DNA from: Octopus sinensis
Lineage: Eukaryota
Reading direction: 5' to 3'
NCBI RefSeq assembly: GCF_006345805.1
Contig: NC_043003.1
Location: forward strand, 4,030,001 to 4,094,000
Length of the DNA: 64,000 nt
Made by a program: the position numbers and the translations under genes. Below, one piece after another: positions 51,264 through 60,584 of this stretch. Below the pieces are notes generated by a model. It did no database searches. It was given only the letters and a program-made list of their open reading frames with translations, and was not told the DNA's origin. Position 1 is the stretch's first letter. Every line of letters begins with the position of its first letter.

Positions 51264-51341
51264 GATCTCTTCCCCCCAGCCCAGCTGACAGTGGTTTCTG
51301 TGATTTAGAGACTAACCAGGATGATTTCCGCCGAGTACCAA
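51264..51341 (+). CDS. E74/ELF: E74/ELF coding exon, (G)SLPPSPADSGFCDLETNQDDFRRVP
   Basis: Acceptor ttcttgatccag, donor CCAA|gtaag, 78 nt, phase 1-1. Matches the Drosophila E74 motif GSFPPSPADSGVSD (recalled). Confidence 0.9.
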
Positions 51342-52452
51342 GTAAGCAACTACTAACTTTATTATTTTTCTCAGTTTTATGTACCTCAGCCTAAACTTGG
51401 TTTTATATATGTATATTTTTATGTATGTAAAATATCTAATCCATAATCATTAGTCTGACAAAACGTATCCGGTTTTGTCTACGGATTTTCTCCATTTATG
51501 GATTAAATATGCTTAGTCACTCTCACACATGCCTTTGTGCTCATTCCTCTGAAGGCTGGACATGCTTTCTTTCAGACTTGTCACTCCCTCGGATATATAT
51601 ATATATATATTTTATTTCACTTCAGTGTAATGATAATAATGACCTGACGTAAGACCTCATTGTACACATGCTTTACAATGAAGCGTCGTTTGAGTACAAA
51701 GCAGTAATAGGAAATTAAATAACTGACAAGGGAATAAGAAATTATGTCATGACATAATTTTGTATTCCCTTGCCAGATATTTAATTTCTTGTGTATATAA
51801 AACATCTCACTAGTGTACTGCAAGTGTAAAAAACGTGTCGAAACAATTGTAGTGATTTTTAAATAAAGAACATCATTCGTTCTATTTCCTATTTCTATAA
51901 ACTCTACGGATACCAAGGAATTCCTGATGTATATCTAAGTAGCTGGAGTATTGTCTCTATATGATGACATTAGGTAGCCAATACCTGGATGAGCTTTGGT
52001 TTTTATCTGAATCTTATTTAACACACACATACAAGTTATTAAGATAGCTTATTCGCAATTTGCAATCAAAAGGCACATGTATAGACATCACTAAGGGGAC
52101 TAAGCTCTCTTAATCACCTTAGTGATGTGTGTGTGTGTGTACTTCTAATGAAGACCATTGGATCTGTAGTCAAGCAATTTACCACCAATGAATTTACTAC
52201 TTGCAAGCACTGAAGACAACTGAGGAGGGACAAGTTTTAACAACTATTGTATTAGCTTAACACTTAAGATGAAGGGGAAAGAGTTAACTTTTCAGATGTT
52301 AGTCCTTCATCAGAAGAAAAGTGAAAGAGGATAGTGAAAGAGAGAAAAATGATTGTGTGTGTGTGTGTGGTGTTTACAAAGAGCAGAACAATCGTACCTT
52401 GCTGTAGATGTGATTTGATCTCTAATAAGACATATTCGTTTGGTCGTTTCAG

Positions 52453-52545
52453 TCTTACCACATCATACATTCTGGTTACCACCCCCTGCACACCAACCTA
52501 TGTTAAATACTCTCAGTACTTCCACACGTCCTCCAGTCAGGCCAA
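52453..52545 (+). CDS. E74/ELF: E74/ELF coding exon, (I)LPHHTFWLPPPAHQPMLNTLSTSTRPPVRP
   Basis: Acceptor ggtcgtttcag, donor CCAA|gtaag, 93 nt, phase 1-1, open in the required frame. No homology evidence. Confidence 0.7.
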
Positions 52546-52799
52546 GTAAGTGAACCACCTTTATTACACCTTCTTGCTTTCACTATTTCTATATATGTGT
52601 GTATATATGTGTGAGAGAGAGAGACCATATATGTGTGTATGTGTATTAATAGTTTTCCTTGACAATATTTTCAAATGTTTCTTATAAATCTTGACACTAG
52701 TTATTCTAAATGTTCACCCCACCCCACCATATCTCAAAGTGACCACCCTGATACCCTTAGAATTACATCTAACTCCTCTAATACACCTTTAACACACAC

Positions 52800-52833
<34 letters not shown>

Positions 52834-52880
52834 TATTAGGCCTTTTTGTCTTGGTTACAAATTATTATTATTATGAAAAA

Positions 52881-53548
52881 GGCAATGAGCTGGCAGAATC
52901 ATTAGCATGCCATGCGAAATACTTAGTGGTGTTTTGTCTGTCTTCATGTTCCGAGTTCAAATTCCGGCAAGGTCAATATTGCCTTTCATCCTTTCGGGGG
53001 TCGATAAATTAAGTACCAGTGATGTAATAAACTAGTCCCCTCCTCTAAAGCAGTTGCCCTTGTGGCAAAATTCGAAACCATTATTATTATTATTATTATT
53101 ATTATGAAAGCAGCAAGCTGGCAGAATTGTTAATGCATTGGACAAAATGCTTTGTGGCATTTTTACCAGCTTGTCATTCTGGGTTCTAATCCCACTCAAG
53201 CTGAAGTTACTTTTTATCCTTTCAGGGTCGATAAAATAGGTACCAATCAAGCACTGGGGTCAGTGCAATCAGCTATATCTGTACCTACAAATTCCAGGCC
53301 TTGTGCTTATAGTAGAAAGCATTATTATTATTATAAGATGGCGATCTGGCAGAACCATTAGCATGCTGGTCGAAATGCTTAGCGACATTTCATCCATCTT
53401 TATGTTCTGAGTTCAAATTCTGCCAGGATCCACTTGGCTTTCTATCCTATCAGGGGCAATAAAATAGGTATCAGCTGAGTGCTGGGGTCAATGTAATCAA
53501 TGGACCCCTTCCTCGCAAGTGCTGGCCTTGTGCTAAAATTCGAAACCA
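52881..53548 (+). mobile_element. Three family A SINE copies in tandem, separated by (TTA)n
   Basis: Three GGC..AGCTGGCAGAA-type heads at about 52881, 53110 and 53339. Confidence 0.75.
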
Positions 53549-53801
53549 TCCTCATTATTATTATTATTATTATTACAGTAGACACATTGTTGGAAATAAT
53601 GCTTTTGGTATTTACTCACTTTTCATGACCAGTGTTCAAATCCCAGGAAGGCCACTCTGCTGTAACTTCTTCTGGGGTTCAGTAAATAACTGGGGTTGAC
53701 TCTAAAACACCCAAGCCCTTCCCACACACGTAAAACAAAGTCGTTAGTGTTGTGTTAATTATGTGAGAAATCCTTAATTTAATGTGTTTGTCTTTCTGCA
53801 G

Positions 53802-53894
53802 TTTACCATCCGGCACCTCCTTCTGTAAATGTCCATCAGTCTGTTGAAGCCACCACACCACCCTCATCTCCATTTGGCAAAAAAAATAAAAAAG
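53802..53894 (+). CDS. E74/ELF: E74/ELF coding exon, (I)YHPAPPSVNVHQSVEATTPPSSPFGKKNKK
   Basis: Acceptor tctttctgcag, donor AAAG|gtaagt, 93 nt, phase 1-1. With the next exon it gives SSPFGKKNKKGRKPK, similar to ELF1 SSPEQPKRKKGRK. Confidence 0.88.
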
Positions 53895-53933
53895 GTAAGT
53901 TTTATAATAATAATAATAATAATTCTAATATTA

Positions 53934-54146
53934 GTGCCACCTGACTGGCTCTCGTGCCGGTGGCACAAAAAAAGCACCCACTACACTCTTGGAGTGGTTG
54001 GCATTAGGAAGGGCATCCAGCTGTAGAAACCTTGCCAGATCAGAGGGGAGCCTGGTGCAGCCTCCTGGTTTGCCAGCCCCCAGTCAAACCGTCCAACCCA
54101 TGCCAGCATGGAAAGCAGACATTAAACGATGATGATCATGATGATG
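53934..54146 (+). mobile_element. RTE-type 3' end repeat, 40 nt downstream of the exon donor
   Basis: Reverse complement of 50658-50918; ends ..GACATTAAACGATGATGAT. Confidence 0.85.
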
Positions 54147-54197
54147 TTTGTTGTTGGTGTTTAGGTTCACGGTGACCTTCATTGATGTGTAGGTAAC

Positions 54198-54572
54198 AAG
54201 ACATGGCTGTGTGGTAACGAGTTTCATTTCCAACAACATGGCTCCGGGTTCAGTCCCACTGCATGGCACCTTGTGTAAGTGTCTTCTACTATTGCCCTAG
54301 GCTGACTAAAGCCTTGCCAGTGCATTTCGTAGAGGGGAAACTGAAAGAAGCCCGTCATGTGTGCGTCTTTGTGTCTGTCCCCCCACCATACCACACCACT
54401 TGTCAACCAGTGTTGGTCTATTTACATCCCTATAACATAGAAGTTTGGCAAAAGAAACTGATAAAATAAATACCAGGCTTAAAAAAACAAAGTACTGGGA
54501 CTGGTTCATTTGACCAAAATTTCTTCAGGGCGGTGCCCCAGCTTGGTCACGGTCAAATAACCCAAGATAAAA
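54198..54572 (+). mobile_element. Family B SINE
   Basis: Aligns with 15986-16417. Confidence 0.8.
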
Positions 54573-54733
54573 AATGTATATATATGTCTGTATGATATTA
54601 ATAAATGTCTGTATATGTATGCATGTGTCTTTAAGTGTGTGTACGTTTTTATATATATGTATATATTGCTACAATTTAACATGCAGCTTGGTTGCATGTG
54701 TTAGGGCCTTTTTAGGTAACCTTATACTTATAT

Positions 54734-55108
54734 CAGTGGTCCCCAGCCTTTTCACTGCCAAGGGTCCCTTTTAGTTAACCCTTTTGTTACCAACCCACCT
54801 GAAACTGACTGAGTACAAACGTCTTGTTTTCATAATTTCTGAATTAAAATCTTCCACCAAACCTTAGTCACAATTTATGTTCCTAACACTAGCTTAATGA
54901 TAACTAGATTATTTAACTAAATCCTTTTTGTTATATTTAAAATTAATTGAAAGAAACCCAGAGCATCTCAACAGAAATATGGTAACAAAAGGGTTAAAGG
55001 AGTTTTCCCATGGACCCCAGGATATTGAAAGGTCTGTAGGTGAATTTAGTTCATGGACCCCCCCCCCCCCCAGTATTACGTTTGCGCACCACAGGCTGGG
55101 AACCACTG
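54734..55108. mobile_element. hAT-type MITE with 8-bp TSD
   Basis: TIR CAGTGGTCCCCAGCCT / AGGCTGGGAACCACTG; flanks ACTTATAT / GCTTATAT (7 of 8 match). Confidence 0.85.
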
Positions 55109-55639
55109 GCTTATATCTCAACCTCTTACTGCTCCTTTCTCCTCCCCCTCTCTCTCTCTGTGTCTTTGCAATGTTCACTCTACCTGCACCTTTGGTTGTT
55201 CTGAATCAGTTGCAGTCTTCAAAACAGGTAACTCACTGTGGGAACTGATCACCTGTAGCAGCAGCAGCAGTGGTGGTGGTGGTGGTGGTGGTGTCAATAA
55301 CAAATATACTTATGTGTAACAAATGCTCTTCTGTCTCGAGTGTCTCTAACCCCCCCCCCCCCGCACCACCACCTCTCTGTCGAACTAATGACTTTCACCA
55401 ACACCCACAATAAAAGAGCCTCTGTGCTGTCACAAAGCCTGCTAGACATAGCAGCCAGATCACTCTGAAATGACACACTACTGCCTTAGGTAGGGAAAGG
55501 ACCACTGAAAAGGAGGGATGGTCATGGCTAGAATGCCTTTCATTAAAGTTCTGCAGGATTGGGGACCACCTGACAACCTAGGGTTGAACAACATCACTTC
55601 CTTTTGTAATACCACAAAGACTGGCTTTATTGTATCTGC

Positions 55640-55920
55640 TGTTTCAATCATTAGACTGTGGCCATGCTGGGGCACCACCTTCAAGAATTTTTAGTCAAAT
55701 GAATCGATATCAGAAACTTATTTCTGTTAAAGTCTGGTATTATTCTATCAGTTTCTTTTGCCGAACTGCTAAGTTACAGGGGAGGTAAACACACCAACAC
55801 TAGTTGTCAAGTATAGAGGAGGACAAACACACACACAACAGGCTTCTTTCAGTTTCCATCTACCAAATGCACTTGCAAGGCTATTGCTCAGAGTGCCGTA
55901 AGTTGGACTGAATCCAAAAC
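55640..55920 (-). mobile_element. Family B SINE, partial
   Basis: Reverse-complement match to family B. Confidence 0.75.
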
Positions 55921-55960
55921 CATCAATAGTTAATCTCTATTACATGTATATCTGTCATAC

Positions 55961-55991
<31 letters not shown>

Positions 55992-55995
55992 AAGA

Positions 55996-56160
55996 GGCGG
56001 CAAGCTGGCAGAAACGTTAGCACGCCGGGCAAAATGTGTAGCCGTATTTCGTCTGCTGTTATGTTCTGAGTTCAAATTCCACCGAGGTCGATATAATCGA
56101 CTTAATCCATTTTTTTCTCCTTGTTTGTCCCCTCTGTGTTTAGCCCCTTGTGGGTAGTAA
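55996..56160 (+). mobile_element. Family A SINE with internal deletion
   Basis: The head and tail match while the central block is missing. Confidence 0.8.
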
Positions 56161-56374
56161 CACACACACACACCCATATATTTTTGGGTGAACAAATATG
56201 GATCAAAGGCCTGGTATTGCAACCAGATGTTCTTCCTGTCAGTAAACCTGTTTTCAGGTAATCGCTCCTTTTATTCTACTCGTCTTAAAAAGTGCAGAGC
56301 AATGGGGCCGATGTGTTGCAAGGGGACATCAACAGATGTCACCGTTTCTGGCTCAACACTTCCTTTGAGAATGT

Positions 56375-56416
<42 letters not shown>

Positions 56417-56727
56417 CAGTAGTCTTTAGTGTTGGTGACATTGACACTTTGCTGCGTTACTAGAGATGCTGGGATTGTGTTGTTCTTGGAAACAAAACAT
56501 TTTTGTATGTGTAACCATGGTGATGGACAGTTTCTGGTGTTGATTGATGCTGATTAACAAACCGATTTTTAACTGGTGTTCAAATTGTGTGAGTTAAACC
56601 AATTGGTACTTACTATTGTGATTCGATGTTCTTGTTCCAGGGGAAGGAATGGCTCGCCTTCTTCGCCCTTCTCCACTTCCAAAACTGTTCTGCATTTCAT
56701 TTACAATCTTTTACTTCTCTCTCATAG

Positions 56728-56784
56728 GGCGCAAACCGAAGAGTTCTGACTGTCAAATGTTCCCTACTAAAAGGAAACGAGAAG
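56728..56784 (+). CDS. E74/ELF: E74/ELF coding exon, basic linker (G)RKPKSSDCQMFPTKRKRE
   Basis: Acceptor cttctctctcatag, donor GAAG|gtgagt, 57 nt, phase 1-1. Joins to GNTTYLWEF as in E74 RKPK...KRRSREGSTTYLWEF. Confidence 0.9.
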
Positions 56785-56891
56785 GTGAGTCACCTGGGAT
56801 TTCTCTTGTTCTTTATAGCAATATTATTATTATTAAGGTGATGAGCTGCCAGAATCGTTAGCATGCCGAGTGAAATGCTTAGCAGTATTTT

Positions 56892-57323
56892 ACAGTTCTA
56901 TATTTAAGAAATGAGAAATTATGTACATTATTTACATTTGACGGATATTTGTCCTCATCTTGTTTGTTGTTGACACAACGTTTCGGCTGATATACCCTCC
57001 AGCCTTCATCAGGTGTCTTGGGGAAATTTCAAACCTGGGTTCTCATTCCTAAGGTATTTTTCGATGTTGTTATCATTCAGGTCACTATACCATATGCCCA
57101 TGGGCATGTGGCATAGTGGTTAAGAGCGTGGGCTACTAACCCCAAGATTCCGAGTTCGATTCCAGGCAGTGACCTGAATAATAATAATATAAAAAAATAC
57201 CTTAGGAATGAGAACCCAGGTGCAAAATTTCCCCCAAACACCTAAGGAAGGCTGGAATATATATCAGCCGAAATGTTGTGTTAACAACAAACAAAATGAG
57301 GACAAATATCCGTCAAATGTAAA
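56892..57323. mobile_element. Head-to-head palindromic tRNA-headed SINE insertion with 13-bp TSD
   Basis: TTAGCAGTATTTT at 56879-56891 and 57324-57336. The arms are inverted about an axis at 57100/57101. A box TGGCATAGTGG at 57109-57119; B box GAGTTCGATTCC at 57152-57163. Confidence 0.85.
56972..57017 (-). ncRNA. Minimal type-I hammerhead ribozyme-like motif
   Basis: The - strand reads GACAC CTGATGA A GGCTG-GAGGGTATAT-CAGCC GAA AC GT T GTGTC: 5-bp stem I, 5-bp stem II, palindromic AACGTT stem III, GUU cleavage triplet. Confidence 0.7.
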
Positions 57324-57832
57324 TTAGCAGTATTTTGTTTGCCTCTATGTTCTGAGTTCAAATCCCACTGAGGTCAACTTTGCCTTTCTTCCTTTCGGGG
57401 TCAATAAAATTAGTACCAGTTATGCACTGGGGTCGATGTAATCAATTATCCCCCTCCCCACAAAATCCAGGCCTTGTGCCTATAGTAGAAAGGATTATTA
57501 TTATTATAGGTCACCAAGGTTGACTTTGTTTTTCATCCTTTCGGGGTCAATAAAATAAGTACCAGTTGCATACTGGGGTCGATGAATGCGACTACCCCCT
57601 TCCCCACAAAATTTCAGGCCCTGTGCCTAGAGTAGAAAGTATCATTGTCCCCCCTGACAATGATATTGCCACCATCACTGTTACCATGCCAATTGTTGTC
57701 CATTCATCCATTAGCATTTAAACCAGCAAGATCTGGCCTGTCACACTTACACTACAATGCCATTCTAAGAATATTCAGCCACATCATCAAAGTCTCAGAG
57801 ATATGAAACAGCACATGATTCACAAGTTACAG

Positions 57833-58118
57833 CAGTGGTTCCCAAAGTGGGCAGCACTGCCCCCCTAGGAGTGGTGGAAAGTTCAAAGGGGGCATTGAAG
57901 AAAAGTGGAGTGATGATAATGGGGGTGGCCAAAAGGTGGGGATGGATATATAAACAAGAAAATAATGAGTTAATTAGTTTTTGTTTGTGAAACAGATTTG
58001 CTTTGAATTTGCTTCAGAAAGAGGTCTATGTTTGTGATGGTTAGTTGGGGGTGGGGTTGCTAGGAATGTGACCTGGGTGTCAAGGGGGCAGTTGCCCGAA
58101 AGAGTTTGGGAACGACTG
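57833..58118. mobile_element. hAT-type MITE with perfect 8-bp TSD
   Basis: TIR CAGTGGTTCCCAAA / TTTGGGAACGACTG; AGTTACAG on both sides (57825-57832 and 58119-58126). Confidence 0.9.
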
Positions 58119-58258
58119 AGTTACAGAATGAAATAGAGAAACCTTTGTGGAATCTAGGAATCAACTGAACAAATTTCTTCCACTCTTAGAAGTAATAGAA
58201 AAACATTCTTGACCTTAATTTGTCCTTTTCTCATTTTCCGTTTCTCTCTTCATTCCAG

Positions 58259-58451
58259 GAAACACCACTTACTTATGGGAATTCTTGCTAAAATTACTAC
58301 AAAATGCAGAAACTTGTCCAAAATACATCAAATGGACAAACAGAGATCTTGGTATTTTCAAACTTGTTGATTCCAAGGAAGTATCTAAATTATGGGGCCA
58401 TCATAAGAACAAACCAGACATGAATTATGAAACAATGGGAAGAGCTCTCAG
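58259..58451 (+). CDS. E74/ELF: E74/ELF ETS domain exon, (G)[63 protein letters not shown](R)
   Basis: Unambiguous ETS signature with ELF-class residues ([31 protein letters not shown]). Long pyrimidine tract then cag; donor CAG|gtaag; 193 nt. Confidence 0.97.
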
Positions 58452-59266
58452 GTAAGATGCACTGCAACATTTCTTTTCTGATGTTAGGTTTGCTAGGTTT
58501 ATAAATCTATGTTGTGATATTTAGTGGTTGAAGCCACAAAGCTATAACTGACCTGTTTTAGTTGTTACTGTTTAACAGAAGTCAAACTTCAGACATTCTA
58601 GCCACGACCATCTCTTTCTATAACATCGAATGCATCCTTTTTGTTTTTTTAAAATGGATGTGACAGGTCAACTGGGGTCGGGGAGATACTTGTTTAATAT
58701 TTGGGGAAGACTTTGAAGAAAGCAATGAAACTTTGGAGCAAGGGCAGTGGGATTTTGATGAGGGTCGGGGTAGGACAATGGATAACCTATAAAAAATGTT
58801 GGGATTTTAAAAATTATTTTTGGCAACTTTGAAATCTAGAATTGATTAAAGGTTTAAAATGAAAACATCAAGTTAAATTGATCTGGGGGTAACTTTAGAT
58901 CCTTTATCAGAATGTACAGGTTACTTGTGGCCAATTGTACCAGAGAACAGAATGGTCATTTAGAACTGTTTTATAGAATAGAAAGGTTGATTAGATCTGT
59001 ACTTCGCTGTATCTCAGAATATTAAGAGTTATACCACAGTATGAAAGTATCTCCACCCCAGGGCTTTCCCCACACTAGAAGACACCCCCACCGTACAAGA
59101 TACTATGCTATCTGAAGATTTATTTCTAAATTGAATTAAATCTAAAAGTTTAAATTCAAAAATTCACATTTTTTTCCCCCTCAAAATGAAACTAGTTTTA
59201 ATTGTTGGCCACCATTAATTAATATTGTTGAAATAATTCTAACGATGGCTACTGTTTCTGTTGCAG

Positions 59267-59375
59267 GTATTACTACGCAAGAGGGATATTGAATAAAGTG
59301 GATGGGCAGCGACTTGTCTACCAGTTTGCTGTGGTTCCAAAAAACATTGTTGAAATTGATTGCAGCACTCCCTAA
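59267..59375 (+). CDS. E74/ELF: E74/ELF last coding exon, (R)[35 protein letters not shown]
   Basis: Acceptor tttctgttgcag. Completes the ETS domain and ends like E74 (IIEIDC). Stop TAA is followed directly by TAG. Confidence 0.96.
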
Positions 59376-59884
59376 TAGAGTGAGTTCCTTGTATATACAG
59401 AAGACATCTCACCTGGCTGGTACCTTTATAATGTAAAGAAGACGAAGGACAGAGAAAGATAGAAAGGAAGAGATAAAGAAAGAAGCAGAAAGAACAATGG
59501 ATTCATTCATTCACCTCCACCCCAAACTGTTCTGGAATTTAAATTTCTTATGAAGTCTGTTTTCTGGGAATTCCGAAGAGAGAGAGAAGAACAATGGGAA
59601 GTACTTTGTACTTTTAAGTAAAAAAAAAAAAAAATCACCACTCAAGTATGAAGTCAGCTTCTTGTTGTTGCTGTCAGCTAAACTCACTTTTTCACAAGAG
59701 GAAGTACAAAAACTCTTTTATTTCCAGAACAATGAACTCTGAAATGTTTTTCAACTTTTTATTTATCGGTTTCCCCCTCCCCAACCCTCTAATTTTTTTT
59801 TTTTTTGCGTGTGTGTGTGAAAAAAGTTCTCTTTCCTTCCCTCATTCTTTTTCCCACATCTCTCTCTCTCGCTCTCTCACTCAT

Positions 59885-59921
<37 letters not shown>

Positions 59922-60549
59922 GTCACTAAATCCAGATTGATTTTTTTTTTTATTTATTTATTTATTCTTCGGATGTATATTTATCAGTGACGGCTTTTTT
60001 AATGTTTGTCATAGAGAGAGAGAGAGAAGGAGAAAGAGAGAAAGTAGGAAGAGAGGGAGAGTGTTTGATATCATGGGAGAAAGTACAGTGGGGGGGGTGT
60101 CGAGGGGGGAGGGACATACACTGAGGAGGGAAAGTTGAGTCTGTTGTAAAGAATTTAAAGAATATTGTTGATTTCCTCTCAACTAGTGTTTAAAAAAAAT
60201 GAAGAAAAATGAAGAAGAAAAAAAAACGGTTTCTTCCTAAAGTTGGTTGTGTGAGATTGATTGAAGGACAGTGGCAAAAAAGAAGAAAAAAATGTATTTA
60301 TTGCCAAAAAAGAAGAGAAAGTTAAAGTTTGAGAAACTTTTATCATCTGCATTGGCTGTGAACATGAACACATGAATGTGTGATTGGTGAGTGTTAATGG
60401 TCAGCGTGTATGGGTTTATGTTCACTGCCAGCTTCGTTAGCAGTTAAGAGGAAATATAATGAACGATACCCATCAATGAGTTAAACAGAAATTACATTAT
60501 ATGCATATTCACACATATGCTTGCATATATATATATATGTATATATACA

Positions 60550-60584
<35 letters not shown>

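Larger units (their letters stand above)
56837..57500 (+). mobile_element. Family A SINE split by the insertion at 56892-57323
   Basis: Head at 56837-56891; the body resumes at 57324. Confidence 0.8.

Noticed and set aside
57102-57175. Possible tRNA gene
   Set aside because: A and B boxes are present, but the acceptor, anticodon and T stems do not pair properly and the sequence runs into a SINE body. It is treated as a SINE head.
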